NCBI GenBank assembly: GCA_965140885.1
Contig: CBCSKA010000003.1
Location: 1 to 46,994 of the forward strand
Length of the DNA: 46,994 nucleotides
Direction: 5' to 3'
Origin: Legionellaceae bacterium
GTDB lineage: Bacteria > Pseudomonadota > Gammaproteobacteria > CBCSKA01
This document shows, in pieces, positions 19,535 through 32,257 of the stretch. Position 1 is the stretch's first letter. Every line of letters starts with the position of its first letter. The position numbers were made by a program, and so were the translations under genes. The notes beneath the pieces are model-generated. The model had not been told where the DNA came from. It did not search any database and saw only the letters and a list, made by a program, of their open reading frames with translations.

Positions 19535-21048
19535 CAGTAAATATAAATGATGAAAATAATGTCAATGTTTCAACAGAAGCAGAATTGATAGCCCAGCGCA
19601 GAGCAAAATTAACAAAATTACGTGAAAAAGGAATTGCATTTCCCAATCAATTCCGCCGTGATTCACTGGCAGCTAATTTACACCAACAATATAATGAATT
19701 AAGTGATGAACAATTAACGGAAGGTAAGCATTTTGTTCGTGTTGCTGGACGAATTATGTTACGTCGTGTAATGGGGAAAGCAAGTTTTATACAAATTCAA
19801 GATATGAGTGGTCAAATACAACTTTATATCCGCGAACAAGCATTAGGAGTAGAAGCTTACGACGATTTTAAAAAATGGGATATGGGCGATATTATTGGTG
19901 CTGAAGGGTATTTATTTAAAACAAAAACGGGTGAATTATCTATAAAAGTAGAAGCTTTATTATTATTAACGAAATCCTTAAAACCTTTACCCGATAAATT
20001 TCATGGTTTAACCGATCAAGAAATGCGTTATCGTCAACGGTATGTCGATTTAATCGTTAATGTCGAAACAAGAAAAACCTTTCATTTACGTTCAAAATTA
20101 ATTCAATCCATCCGTGATTTTTTAATACAACGAGAATTTTTAGAAGTAGAAACTCCCATGATGCATACTATTCCGGGAGGTGCAACAGCAAGACCCTTTA
20201 TCACGTATCATAATGCATTAGATATGGAATTATATTTACGTGTGGCTCCTGAATTATATTTAAAACGACTTGTTGTGGGTGGTTTTGAAAAAGTATTTGA
20301 AATTAATCGTAATTTTCGTAATGAAGGTTTATCTACACGGCATAATCCAGAATTTACTATGCTTGAATTTTATCAAGCTTATGCTGATTATGAAGATTTA
20401 ATGAATTTAACCGAAACTCTCTTTCAATATTTAATTCAAACACTTTGCCAAACAAGCATTTTAACTTATCAAGGACAAGAAATTGATTTTGGGAAGCCTT
20501 TTGAACGTTTAACCATTATTGATGCAATTATCAAATATAATCCTTCTTATACCCGTGAAGCATTAAATCATATTGATACCGCGCGTTCTATTGCTGAAAA
20601 TTTATCTATTCCTTTAAAATCAACGGATGGTTTAGGAAAAATTCAATTAGAAATTTTTGAAAAAACCGTTGAGCATCAATTAAAAGATCCGACTTTCATT
20701 ACTGCTTATCCTGCTGAAGTTTCACCGTTAGCCCGACGTAATGATAAAAATCCTTTTATCGTTGATCGTTTTGAATTATTTATTGCAGGACGTGAAATAG
20801 CGAATGGTTTTTCTGAGTTAAATGATGCAGAAGATCAAGCAGCTCGTTTTAAAGAACAAGTTAATGCTAAAAATGCGGGGGATCAAGAAGCTATGCATTA
20901 TGATGATGATTATATTCATGCATTAGAGTATGGATTACCACCAACCGCAGGAGAAGGTATAGGCATTGATCGTTTAGCCATGCTGTTTACTGATTCACCT
21001 TCAATACGGGATGTTTTATTATTTCCACATATGCGTCCTCAAGCATAA
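19531..21048 (+). CDS. lysS: Lysine--tRNA ligase (class II)
   Basis: [35 protein letters not shown]. Confidence 0.98.
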   Translation: MTVNINDENNVNVSTEAELIAQRRAKLTKLREKGIAFPNQFRRDSLAANLHQQYNELSDEQLTEGKHFVRVAGRIMLRRVMGKASFIQIQDMSGQIQLYIREQALGVEAYDDFKKWDMGDIIGAEGYLFKTKTGELSIKVEALLLLTKSLKPLPDKFHGLTDQEMRYRQRYVDLIVNVETRKTFHLRSKLIQSIRDFLIQREFLEVETPMMHTIPGGATARPFITYHNALDMELYLRVAPELYLKRLVVGGFEKVFEINRNFRNEGLSTRHNPEFTMLEFYQAYADYEDLMNLTETLFQYLIQTLCQTSILTYQGQEIDFGKPFERLTIIDAIIKYNPSYTREALNHIDTARSIAENLSIPLKSTDGLGKIQLEIFEKTVEHQLKDPTFITAYPAEVSPLARRNDKNPFIVDRFELFIAGREIANGFSELNDAEDQAARFKEQVNAKNAGDQEAMHYDDDYIHALEYGLPPTAGEGIGIDRLAMLFTDSPSIRDVLLFPHMRPQA

Positions 21049-21056
21049 TTTGAATG

Positions 21057-21089
21057 ACCCAAAGGAGAAAAATAATGACTCCTTTGGGT
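21057..21089. terminator. Terminator hairpin between convergent genes
   Basis: acccaaaggag/ctcctttgggt. Confidence 0.7.
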
Positions 21090-21096
21090 TTACAAT

Positions 21097-22494
21097 TTAA
21101 GCAGTAGTAGAAACTTTTTTATAAATATAAAATCCTATGATTGGCAAAATCATTCCTAACATCCCTAAGGTAAAAATAGTAACATAATGTTGAAAACTGC
21201 CAACATTAATACCATTAGGTGGAATAAAACCCACTATTAAAGTAATACTACAACCTATTAATCCTAACAGTGATATTAACCATATACCCAATTTTTTCCC
21301 TGGAATAGAAAATGGACGGGGTTGCAAAGGATATTTATATTTTAATCGAATAGCAGCCAGAAACATAATGACATACATTAACATATATAATTGCGTACTT
21401 AGTGCTGTTAATAACCAGTAAGAGCCATTAACACTAGGCATTAATAAAAATGCTGCGCAGAGTAGAGTGACAAATATAGCTTGCACAATAAGTAAATGTT
21501 GTTCAATTCCATGTTGATTTTCTTTTTTTAAAAAAGCAGGTAAAAAGCCATCATGTGCCGCTTGTAATAATCCTTTTGCCGGCGAAATTATCCAATTAAT
21601 AATACCGCCTAAGCTTCCAATAAGTAATAACAGGGTCATTAAAGGCGTAATAGCACTTAAATGATACACTGCAAAAAAATTAGTAAATGCTTGCATGACA
21701 CCATTAACTAGACTGATTTTTTGTTGCGGTAAAACAATAGCAATGGCTAAAGAACCTAAAATCATAGTGAATAAAATAAATAATGTTGATATGAAAATGG
21801 CTTTAGGGAAATTTTTTTGTGCATTATGAATTTTATTAACATGGACAGTGGCAAGTTCGACTCCCAAAAACGATGTCATAATTGCTGTTAATGAAAGCCA
21901 GTTTGCAGAGTCATGTAAGCTAGGGATTAATGAATTTGCATTTAAGGTAATTTGCAGTGGTTTACCCATTATCACCCAAATAATGGCTAAGAAAATAATT
22001 AAACCCATAGGTATTAGCATACCTATAACAGCACAAAAACTCGCGAATTTAGCGGAAGTATGAATCCCTTTCAAATTAATTAGGGTTAATAACCAAAATG
22101 TACTAATAATAACACTGACTAAATAGAGTTTATTTTCAGCGAGTGCGGGATTAATTAAATAAGCTGCTGTACCTGCAATAAACGATAGAATAGTCGGGTA
22201 CCATACGATAGTATTTATCCATTGTAGCCATATAGCGAGAAAAGCAACATTTTTACCAAAAGCTAATTTTACCCATTGATAAATTCCACTTTTTTCAGGC
22301 CAGGTTGAAGAAAGTTCTGCTGATACTAAGGCAGTGGGTATGAGAAAGACAATGGCGGAAAAAATGAAAAAAAAGATTAAACTATGACCAAACAAAGCGG
22401 TTGCAGGTAAATTACGAATACTATCAATGGCGCCAGTGATAAGCATAACAAGCGCAAATAAGCTTAAATGTGTTATTTTAGAATTTTGAAGCAT
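21097..22494 (-). CDS. APC-family amino-acid permease (GadC-like)
   Basis: SIRNLP, LIPTALVSAEL, GIYQWV..AFG; many TM segments. Confidence 0.88.
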   Translation of the reverse strand: MLQNSKITHLSLFALVMLITGAIDSIRNLPATALFGHSLIFFFIFSAIVFLIPTALVSAELSSTWPEKSGIYQWVKLAFGKNVAFLAIWLQWINTIVWYPTILSFIAGTAAYLINPALAENKLYLVSVIISTFWLLTLINLKGIHTSAKFASFCAVIGMLIPMGLIIFLAIIWVIMGKPLQITLNANSLIPSLHDSANWLSLTAIMTSFLGVELATVHVNKIHNAQKNFPKAIFISTLFILFTMILGSLAIAIVLPQQKISLVNGVMQAFTNFFAVYHLSAITPLMTLLLLIGSLGGIINWIISPAKGLLQAAHDGFLPAFLKKENQHGIEQHLLIVQAIFVTLLCAAFLLMPSVNGSYWLLTALSTQLYMLMYVIMFLAAIRLKYKYPLQPRPFSIPGKKLGIWLISLLGLIGCSITLIVGFIPPNGINVGSFQHYVTIFTLGMLGMILPIIGFYIYKKVSTTA

Positions 22495-22753
22495 TTATAA
22501 TCCTTAATAAAAAACAATTTAATAAAAAGGTAATTTAAATTACTATCTTCTTATAAATTTTATGAAAAAGAAATGAATTTCTTACTAAGAAATTATTTTT
22601 AGCTGAAAAAATATTCTGTTAATTTAAAACAAAAGCTTAGGAATATGTGTTTTCCTAAGTTACTAGACTTGTACACAGGATTTGTATACCCTATGAGAAT
22701 TATTATTTCAAAATAACAATATTAATAATTATGTATTTGGGAGTTGAATTGAT

Positions 22754-25684
22754 ATGACTATAACGAAAAAAAAACAAGGACAATTTAGTGAAGAAAAAGT
22801 AGAGCAAAAAATCATTGATACTATAACGCTTTCTTATCCTTCATCCAAAAATGAAAATTCTTCTGAAACTTCATATTCGTTTATTGAAAAAGTAAATAAA
22901 GTATCTGAATTTGCAAATCTGATAGATTTTTTACAATGTGATAAATTTAAACTTTTAGATTATGAATGTATTAATACAGAAGCTAAGTTAAATGATACTC
23001 AAGAGAATCAACTATTACCTATATTTTTCATTAAAAAAAGAGATAAAGTTAATGAATTTAAGTTGAAAAATATATCAGGAAATGAATTTTTTGAACTTTA
23101 TTCTTTACTTCAGCGTAAAGTTTCTTATGCAGCAACCATTGTGAATTTTTTAGACTATCCTGGCTTTCCTGTTGAAAATATTACGTTAACTCATGAAGAA
23201 GCTAAAAAAATAAAAAAAATTGTATTAGATGAAATAAATAGATCAATAGATGATACTCAAAGTAGAGTCAAAAGAGTCAGTAGAGGAAAGAAACTTTTTA
23301 GTAAAAAAGAAACATTAAATTCTTTTCTTGCGAGAATTACAAAAGAAATATGCGTAGTACTTGGTGAAAGTGCTGATCCAGAGGAAATTCAATCCAATAT
23401 TGTGCATGCGGAAAGATATCATACGGCTATGTTAAATCAAAACCGCGGTATTTCTTATGAAAGTAATATTAATGATAATACATTGACATATTTTGAAGTT
23501 CCATTAAAGAATCGCTTAACGCATAAATTAAAAGAAGAATATTTAAAAATTTATCACCCCATACAACCATTGTGGTTTATTCAATTACCAAACTTTGTGA
23601 AAAGTTGGCTTAAAAGTTATATCCCAACTGACATAAACGACGATTGGTCTAAGTTTGAATCTTTACATTTTCCATCAACTATCCAGAATCTTCCAGGTAT
23701 AAAAAATGCGAGAAAAACATATTCATTCATTACTACGGCTAACAATGGTAAAAAAAAATATGAACTTGGATATAACGGGGCAACGTTAACCCCAATTGAA
23801 ATTAAAGATAATAAAACTAGAAAACATATCACTCAATTAAATGTAGAACAATTATATGAACATATAGACTCTACTAAGGAAGACTTTAATGATTTTTGGG
23901 ATGGCTATCTTTTCAAGAATATTTGTTTAAGAAATAATGAAACTTATGTAATAAAACCACTGATTTATTTGCAATCTATCCTATCGCCAATCAAGGGTTT
24001 TGGTAAATTACATATTGTTGATAACCACATGATTACAACTCAACAGAAAGCGGCTAATCATTTTTTCAATTCACCAAATTCAACGTTAAGTAATGAATTT
24101 CAATTGATTCAAGGCAATGATCCTGTTAATGGCTTACAAGGCTTTTTTACCACTCGAAGTGAATATTGGAAGCATACAGATGAATTAATAAATTCTGCAA
24201 GATATATGCTGTATTCGATGATGTTAAAAAAAGGATCTAAAAAAAATGATTTCACTAATTTTGATGACTTATCAGTAAAAGAAAAAAACAGCTATTCGGT
24301 TTCAAAAGAAAATTTATTAGAGCAAGAACAGTATGAATCATGGCATGCGAGTTTTTTGAATGATTTGGATAGTTTGATAGCCAGTGATTTAAGTGACGAA
24401 GCACTTAATGATTGGGTTAATAAAAATTTACCTTTTGATGAAGATTCTTTGCAAAAAGCACGTGCTATTTTAATGATACATGCTATTAAAGGATTAAAAA
24501 CATTAGAAAATTCGAAATTTTTTTATAATATTTCTGCTCGAAATTATCGCATGTACAAAACGTTGTATCAAAATTTATTAGCCTATGCGATGCATGCCAT
24601 CACTTTCACAAATTGTAAAAGTGGAAAAGACCGTACTGGTGAAGTTGCGTTATATATGCAAGCAGGATTATTTTATTATGAACAATATGGGTGCCTTCCG
24701 TGTTTCAATGATACGGGTATAAAGAGAGAAAATTTTGAAAATATCGTTCAGGATTTAAGAATAGCAAAAGTTTTTGATATTTCAGCAGGAAGAAATTCAC
24801 CGGGAGCCGATGGTATTAAAGATAAACAAGATAACCTTAATTTTTTAACTGTGCTATCAGGTTTAGGTATTGTAACCGCACTTATGGGTATTCTCAGTAT
24901 AATAGGTGGTTTAATATTAACAATATCCTTTCCTCCGCTATTAATCATTGGTATAAGTATTTTAATAGGTGGTTTGGGTTTAACTGCTTTATCATTAAAA
25001 ACATTTTCTTCATTTAAAAATCAATGGTTAAACATAGGTTTTGGATATATTTTCCCAGCTTTAGCTTTATCTTCGGCGATTATTGCTTTATCTATCGGTT
25101 TGTCTTCTCTTGTAGCTGTATCTACGGTTACTCCCTTTTTGTTACCGATTGCTGCGGCGGCTTTAAGTATATTTTGTGTTTCCTTACTTTGCGCTAGTGC
25201 AATTTTTTTGTATAAAAAATCCATACAATTTTCTCGAGGAGTGATGGATAGAGATATTGCTGAATCTTGTCTCGAAGACATAAATTCTTCTCATAACATA
25301 GCGCAAATGAATAAACCTAAATTAAAACAAATTGATACTGATTTTATTGATTACCAAAAGCCAAAAAAAACTTTTTTTTCGACAACGTCTTGCTCTTTAT
25401 CACAAAATTATTTCAATTTTGAAAATAAGTTACCGGCGCATTTAGTTTCTGATAAAAGGATAAAAACAGTTTTATTTAAGATTAAGTCTATTATTGTTAA
25501 TAAAAAAACATTAACAGTAGAAGAAAATAATAAAGTAATACAACACTTGAATGAAATGAAAACAAAAGCGAAACATGAACATTATACAATAAAAAAAATT
25601 ACCTTATTTGAGAATAATTTAAGTAATTTTGTTGAAACAGATCATGTGAATGATAATCATGTATGCTCAAAAATAATGGTTTAA
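22754..25684 (+). CDS. CX5R phosphoinositide-phosphatase-like effector candidate with membrane-anchoring segment
   Basis: 976 aa; NCKSGKDRTG at ~24611-24640; hydrophobic ~4-TM block at ~24835-25215. Confidence 0.8.
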   Translation: MTITKKKQGQFSEEKVEQKIIDTITLSYPSSKNENSSETSYSFIEKVNKVSEFANLIDFLQCDKFKLLDYECINTEAKLNDTQENQLLPIFFIKKRDKVNEFKLKNISGNEFFELYSLLQRKVSYAATIVNFLDYPGFPVENITLTHEEAKKIKKIVLDEINRSIDDTQSRVKRVSRGKKLFSKKETLNSFLARITKEICVVLGESADPEEIQSNIVHAERYHTAMLNQNRGISYESNINDNTLTYFEVPLKNRLTHKLKEEYLKIYHPIQPLWFIQLPNFVKSWLKSYIPTDINDDWSKFESLHFPSTIQNLPGIKNARKTYSFITTANNGKKKYELGYNGATLTPIEIKDNKTRKHITQLNVEQLYEHIDSTKEDFNDFWDGYLFKNICLRNNETYVIKPLIYLQSILSPIKGFGKLHIVDNHMITTQQKAANHFFNSPNSTLSNEFQLIQGNDPVNGLQGFFTTRSEYWKHTDELINSARYMLYSMMLKKGSKKNDFTNFDDLSVKEKNSYSVSKENLLEQEQYESWHASFLNDLDSLIASDLSDEALNDWVNKNLPFDEDSLQKARAILMIHAIKGLKTLENSKFFYNISARNYRMYKTLYQNLLAYAMHAITFTNCKSGKDRTGEVALYMQAGLFYYEQYGCLPCFNDTGIKRENFENIVQDLRIAKVFDISAGRNSPGADGIKDKQDNLNFLTVLSGLGIVTALMGILSIIGGLILTISFPPLLIIGISILIGGLGLTALSLKTFSSFKNQWLNIGFGYIFPALALSSAIIALSIGLSSLVAVSTVTPFLLPIAAAALSIFCVSLLCASAIFLYKKSIQFSRGVMDRDIAESCLEDINSSHNIAQMNKPKLKQIDTDFIDYQKPKKTFFSTTSCSLSQNYFNFENKLPAHLVSDKRIKTVLFKIKSIIVNKKTLTVEENNKVIQHLNEMKTKAKHEHYTIKKITLFENNLSNFVETDHVNDNHVCSKIMV

Positions 25685-25716
25685 GTAAGCCCTCGAGATA
25701 AGCAGTGATATCAAAA

Positions 25717-25962
25717 TTACTGCTTATTTTTATTGATATAAGTTTTATCAGAAAATAAAAAAGCAGAAACATTGATAATGGCGATTTCAAGGAATGCGAC
25801 TGATTCGGGCCAAAAAAAAACTTCTGCGATACTGGCAAATTGAATACCATAAGCTTCATTTTGGGTTAAAAGAATTAATAATTCTGCATAAGCGATTTGT
25901 AAACTAGCCGCTAAGAAATTAGTAGCAACAATAAATTTTTTAATAAGTATTTTTGCTCGCAT
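25717..25962 (-). CDS. Small hypothetical membrane protein
   Basis: 81-aa hydrophobic ORF, aagga upstream. Confidence 0.45.
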   Translation of the reverse strand: MRAKILIKKFIVATNFLAASLQIAYAELLILLTQNEAYGIQFASIAEVFFWPESVAFLEIAIINVSAFLFSDKTYINKNKQ

Positions 25963-26070
25963 TATACTCTTCCTTTTTAAAATCCTATTATTCGGATATA
26001 GTGCATTATATTTTTGCCTTTTTAAAAGGCTTTCTATTTACCATTTAACATTTTGATTATATAAAATATT

Positions 26071-27099
26071 ATGAAATTAAGCGATTTTAATTTTGATATT
26101 CCTAAAGATTTAATAGCGTTGTACCCCAATCCAGAACGTTCTTCTAGCCGTTTATTATGTCTAAATGGGAAAACAGGCGATGTAAATCATACTTATTTTT
26201 CTAATGTGATTGATTTTTTAACTAAAGATGATTTATTGATTTTCAATAATACAAAAGTTATACCTGCTCGCTTATTTGGTGAAAAAAATACAGGCGGAAA
26301 AGTTGAAATTTTGGTTGAGCGAATTTTATCCTCTCATCAAGCATTAGTTCATATTCGTGCGAGTAAAACTCCAAAAGATGGAACAAAAATTTTTCTGGAC
26401 AAGGAAATTTCAATTGAAGTTTTGGGTCGCCAAGATAATCTTTATCTCATTCACTTTTTATCAACTGAAAATATATTAAGTGTATTGCAAAAAGTAGGGC
26501 ATATACCTTTACCTCCTTATATTGATCGCCAAGATACCGGTTTTGATGTAGAGCGATACCAAACAGTTTATGCTAAACAAGAAGGTGCTGTAGCAGCTCC
26601 GACTGCCGGTTTACATTTTGATGAAAACTTATTACAAAAGGTAAAGGATAAGGGTATCGATATGGATTTCGTTACTTTACATGTTGGTTCAGGAACATTT
26701 CAACCTGTGCGTTGTGACATTATTGAAAATCATAAAATGCATAGTGAATACATGATTATCACTGAATCAGTGTGTGAAAAAATACGAAAAACAAAATCCC
26801 AAGGCGGAAATATTATTGCTGTAGGTACAACTAGCTTGCGTTGTTTGGAAACAGCTTCACAAGGAGGAGATATAGTTCCTTATGAAGGAGAAACCGATAT
26901 TTTTATTTATCCTGGCTATAAATTTCACTGTGTCGATAAATTAATTACTAATTTTCATTTACCTCAATCAACTCTATTAATGTTGGTAAGTGCTTTTTCT
27001 GGATATGATAATATTATGGCGGCTTATCAAGAAGCGATAAAACAAGGTTATCGTTTTTATAGTTATGGAGATGGAATGTTGTTAAGTAAAGCTGTTTAA
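26071..27099 (+). CDS. queA: S-adenosylmethionine:tRNA ribosyltransferase-isomerase
   Basis: PLPPYI, AVAAPTAGLHF, TLHVG.GTF, TNFHLP. Confidence 0.97.
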   Translation: MKLSDFNFDIPKDLIALYPNPERSSSRLLCLNGKTGDVNHTYFSNVIDFLTKDDLLIFNNTKVIPARLFGEKNTGGKVEILVERILSSHQALVHIRASKTPKDGTKIFLDKEISIEVLGRQDNLYLIHFLSTENILSVLQKVGHIPLPPYIDRQDTGFDVERYQTVYAKQEGAVAAPTAGLHFDENLLQKVKDKGIDMDFVTLHVGSGTFQPVRCDIIENHKMHSEYMIITESVCEKIRKTKSQGGNIIAVGTTSLRCLETASQGGDIVPYEGETDIFIYPGYKFHCVDKLITNFHLPQSTLLMLVSAFSGYDNIMAAYQEAIKQGYRFYSYGDGMLLSKAV

Positions 27100-27113
27100 T
27101 TATTATAGGGTGA

Positions 27114-28262
<1,149 letters not shown>

Positions 28263-28272
28263 AGGATTTACT

Positions 28273-28605
28273 ATGCTGAATTTATTCATTTCGAATGCGT
28301 ATGCTGCTCCTGCAATTTCTGCTCCCGGTGCTGATGCCAGTTCATTTATATTATTAATTGGCTTTGTGGTTATATTTTATTTTTTCTTGATACGTCCACA
28401 AAATAAGCGAGCAAAAGCGCATCGCGAATTAATTACTAATTTAGCTAAAGGTGATGAAGTTATAACCAATGGTGGCATATTGGGTCGCATTGTTAATGTA
28501 TTGGAAGACTTTATTATCGTAGAAATTGCTGAAGGCATAAAAGTTACACTACAAAAAAATTATATTGCTTCTGTTATACCCAAAGGAACTTTAAAATCAG
28601 TTTAG
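28273..28605 (+). CDS. yajC: Preprotein translocase subunit YajC
   Basis: FYFFLIRPQ, GDEVIT.GG; synteny. Confidence 0.95.
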   Translation: MLNLFISNAYAAPAISAPGADASSFILLIGFVVIFYFFLIRPQNKRAKAHRELITNLAKGDEVITNGGILGRIVNVLEDFIIVEIAEGIKVTLQKNYIASVIPKGTLKSV

Positions 28606-28608
28606 GAA

Positions 28609-30480
28609 ATGCCCATGCTGAATAAATATCCACTATGGAAAAATTTATTGCTTTTATTTTTAACAATATTGGCTTTTATTTATGCTTTGCCTAATGTTTA
28701 TGGAGATGATCCCGCGTTACAAATAACGTTAGCGGATGGTAAACCATTAAATCCTGAGACCTTACCTCAGTTAACAACCTTATTAAAAGAAGCCAATATT
28801 CGCTTTAAATCAAAAGAATTTAAAAAAGATGAAATCTTATTTCGTTTTTTTGATGCGGATGAACAATTAAAAGCAAAAGACTTTATTAAAAGCCACTTGG
28901 GTGAGCATTATACAGTGGCTTTAAATATTGCTTCATCTACACCTTCTTGGTTACGCGCATTGGGTGCAGAACCCATGAAGCTAGGTTTAGATTTACGTGG
29001 TGGTATTCATTTAACCTTAGCCGTTGATATGGATTCTGTTTTAACTCAACGGGTAGAAGGCATAACGCGTAATATTGCAACACAATTACGTGAATCTAAT
29101 ATTCGTTATCAAGATATTGTTCAAGCAAAAAATGGCACTATAGATGTTAAGTTAAATAATGAATCTGCTTTAAATGAAGCAAAAAACTTAATTCAACACC
29201 ATTTTCCAGAATGGAAAGCTACAGATAAGTCAGCAAATAATGTTTATACATTAACATTACAGCGAAATCCGCAAATGCTCGCTGACATAAGGCAAGGAAT
29301 CATTGAACAAACAATGACGACATTGCGTAATCGTGTAAATGAATTGGGTATTGCCGAAGCTGTCGTTCAACAACAAGGGTTAGCGCAAATTTCAGTGGAT
29401 TTACCCGGAATACAAGATAGCGCCCGTGCACAAGAAATTTTAGGTGGTACGGCAACATTAGAATTTAGAATGGTTGATCAAGAGCATGATGCTTATAATG
29501 CTGCGGTGACAGGAAATATTCCCGCTAGTGATACTTTATATGATTATGAAGGTCAAAAATTATTATTAAAAAATCAAATTATTTTAACGGGATCTTCCAT
29601 TACCAATGCTTCGGCAGGATATAGTGAAGATGGGCGTCCTGCTGTTAATGTTCAATTAGGTGGGGGAGGAGAAGCACTTTTTCATCGAATTACGGCACAA
29701 AATATTGGTAAATTAATGGCTATTGTCTATGTTGAAACGAAGACAGAGACTAAAATTATAAATGGTATCGAAACAAAAGCGCATAGAAAAAATGAGCATA
29801 TTATAAGTGCTGCAACAATACGCTCAGCATTACCTAATCAATTTCAAATTAGTGGAATTAATGACCAACAAGAATCAGTGAAGCTGAGTTTATTACTACG
29901 TGCAGGGGCATTGCCCGCAAATATCGATGTAGTCGAAGAGCGAACATTAGGCCCAAAACTCGGGATAGAAAATATTAAAAAGGGTATTTTATCCATTGAA
30001 GTGGGTATGGGCCTGGTTATGCTTTTCTTAGCTTTTTATTATCGCGTTTTTGGATTAATTGCAAATGTTGCATTATTAATTAATTTAGTCATGTTACTGG
30101 CTTTGCTTTCAATATTAGGTATGACATTAACCTTACCAGGAATTGCGGGTATTGTTCTTACTGTAGGGATGGCTGTGGATGCCAATGTCTTAATTTTTGA
30201 GCGAATACGGGAAGAATTACGTCAAGGAACTTCAATCCAGGGAAGTATTTATGCGGGTTATGAACGTGCTTTTTCCACCATTGTTGATGCGAATATAACA
30301 ACATTAATTGTCGCGTTTGTTTTATTTGGTGTAGGTGCCGGCGCAGTCAAAGGTTTTGCGGTAACTTTATCGATTGGTATTTTAACCTCGATGTTGACAG
30401 CGATCGCAGCTAGCCGAGCATTAGTTAATATTGTTTATGGTAAACGTCCACAAACAAAGAAATTGTCGATTGGAATTTAA
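28609..30480 (+). CDS. secD: Protein translocase subunit SecD
   Basis: LGLDLRGG, RNRVNELG, GMAVDANVLIFERIREE. Confidence 0.97.
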   Translation: MPMLNKYPLWKNLLLLFLTILAFIYALPNVYGDDPALQITLADGKPLNPETLPQLTTLLKEANIRFKSKEFKKDEILFRFFDADEQLKAKDFIKSHLGEHYTVALNIASSTPSWLRALGAEPMKLGLDLRGGIHLTLAVDMDSVLTQRVEGITRNIATQLRESNIRYQDIVQAKNGTIDVKLNNESALNEAKNLIQHHFPEWKATDKSANNVYTLTLQRNPQMLADIRQGIIEQTMTTLRNRVNELGIAEAVVQQQGLAQISVDLPGIQDSARAQEILGGTATLEFRMVDQEHDAYNAAVTGNIPASDTLYDYEGQKLLLKNQIILTGSSITNASAGYSEDGRPAVNVQLGGGGEALFHRITAQNIGKLMAIVYVETKTETKIINGIETKAHRKNEHIISAATIRSALPNQFQISGINDQQESVKLSLLLRAGALPANIDVVEERTLGPKLGIENIKKGILSIEVGMGLVMLFLAFYYRVFGLIANVALLINLVMLLALLSILGMTLTLPGIAGIVLTVGMAVDANVLIFERIREELRQGTSIQGSIYAGYERAFSTIVDANITTLIVAFVLFGVGAGAVKGFAVTLSIGILTSMLTAIAASRALVNIVYGKRPQTKKLSIGI

Positions 30481-30498
30481 GTAATTTGAGGATATAGA

Positions 30499-31416
30499 AT
30501 GGAGTTTTTTAAAAAACAAACTGCAATTGATTTTATGGGTTTGCGCAAATGGAGCGCCATTTTTTCTTTATTACTATTTTTTGCATCAACATTTTCTTTA
30601 ATAAAAAATAGTTTAACGTGGGGACTCGATTTTACAGGGGGAACCCAAGCGCAACTTCATTATCAATCTTCTGCAAATTTATCAACAATACGTGAACAAT
30701 TAGTTAAAGCGAATTTTGATAAAGCCATTGTTCAAAGTTATGGTTCTAGTGAAGATGCATTAGTGAGTTTACCGCCTAGTCCAACACTTTCCCAACAAGC
30801 ATTAAAAGAAAAATTATTAACCGCATTACCAGGGGCAGAATTACAGCGTATTGAATCTGTGGGGCCTGAAGTAGGGCAAGAATTAGCGACGAAAGGTGGA
30901 TTAGCCATTCTTGTCGCTTTATTAGGTATTGTTCTTTATATTAGTATGCGTTTTGAATACCGTTTAGCCATTAGTGCAGTTTTAGCATTAATTCATGATC
31001 CCATACTCATTTTAGGCGTTTTCTCTCATTATCATATTGAATTTAATTTAACAGCATTAGCGGCTTTATTAGCTGTTTTAGGTTATTCATTGAATGACAC
31101 GATTGTAATTTTTGATAGAGTAAGGGAAAATTTTCGTAAAATTAGAAAATCCACGCCTATAGAAATCATGAATTTATCAATTAACCAAACCTTATCTCGC
31201 ACGATTATGACATCTGTTATTACTTTAATTGTAGTAACAGCATTATTTATTTATGGCGGTGAAATGATACATAATTTTTCACTCGCCTTAATTATAGGGA
31301 TTATTATTGGGACGTATTCATCTATTTATGTCGCGGGTGCATTAGCAATAGCCTTAGGTTTAAATAAAAAAGACTTAATGCCTACACCCAAAAAAGCAAT
31401 AGATGATAGACCTTAA
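30499..31416 (+). CDS. secF: Protein translocase subunit SecF
   Basis: GLDFTGG, GYSLNDTIVIFDRVRE. Confidence 0.97.
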   Translation: MEFFKKQTAIDFMGLRKWSAIFSLLLFFASTFSLIKNSLTWGLDFTGGTQAQLHYQSSANLSTIREQLVKANFDKAIVQSYGSSEDALVSLPPSPTLSQQALKEKLLTALPGAELQRIESVGPEVGQELATKGGLAILVALLGIVLYISMRFEYRLAISAVLALIHDPILILGVFSHYHIEFNLTALAALLAVLGYSLNDTIVIFDRVRENFRKIRKSTPIEIMNLSINQTLSRTIMTSVITLIVVTALFIYGGEMIHNFSLALIIGIIIGTYSSIYVAGALAIALGLNKKDLMPTPKKAIDDRP

Positions 31417-32222
31417 GTCACTGTAGACGATGTTGTTGATGGATTTAAGCTTTTAGAAATCGTTTGGAGCATTTCTTTAAATACTTTTCCATTTCCCGCA
31501 ACAATATTACTGGTTTGAAAATCAATTTCAACGCCTTCAAAGTTACTGACTAAGCCACCAGCTTCTTTTATCAATAAAGAACCTGCGGCTAGATCCCAAG
31601 GATTAAGATTAAATTCCCAAAAACCATCTAAACGTCCAGCTGCTACATAAGCTAAATCTAAAGCGGCAGAACCCGCTCGTCTAATGCCAGCAGAAGGAAT
31701 TGAAAAGGCATGGAATGTTTTCAAATAACTGGCTAAATATTGTGGATCTTTAAAAGGGAAACCGGTGCCAATAAGCGCACCGGTTAAGTTTTTTCGTGTA
31801 CTAACACGAATACGTCGATTATTTAATTGTGCACCATTACCACGACTTGCAGTAAATAATTCTTGGCGGATGGGATCATAAATCACAGCTTGCTCTAGCT
31901 TATTTTTATAAGCTAATGCGATTGAAACACAAAAATGAGGGAAGCCATGTATGAAATTAGTGGTACCATCCAAGGGGTCAATGATCCAAGTATAATCATT
32001 ACCATTAGTTTTACCACTTTCCTCTGCCAAGATTCCATGATTAGGATAAGCTTTTTGGATAGTTTGAATAATAGCCCGTTCAGCCTTAATATCCACTTCA
32101 GTTACCAAATCATGCCCTTTTTTTTGGGTTACTGAGATACTATCCAGTCTGTCTACAGCTTGTAAAATAATTTTACCTGCGTTACGAGACGCTGCAATTG
32201 CGATATTAAGCATTGGGTGCAT
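31413..32222 (-). CDS. suhB: Inositol monophosphatase / Nus factor SuhB
   Basis: MHPMLNIA, WIIDPLDGTTNF, GSAALDL, PWDLAAG. Confidence 0.96.
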   Translation of the reverse strand: MHPMLNIAIAASRNAGKIILQAVDRLDSISVTQKKGHDLVTEVDIKAERAIIQTIQKAYPNHGILAEESGKTNGNDYTWIIDPLDGTTNFIHGFPHFCVSIALAYKNKLEQAVIYDPIRQELFTASRGNGAQLNNRRIRVSTRKNLTGALIGTGFPFKDPQYLASYLKTFHAFSIPSAGIRRAGSAALDLAYVAAGRLDGFWEFNLNPWDLAAGSLLIKEAGGLVSNFEGVEIDFQTSNIVAGNGKVFKEMLQTISKSLNPSTTSSTVT

Positions 32223-32257
32223 AAAATAACCTTGTTATAAAATGATCAAGCCTCGTA

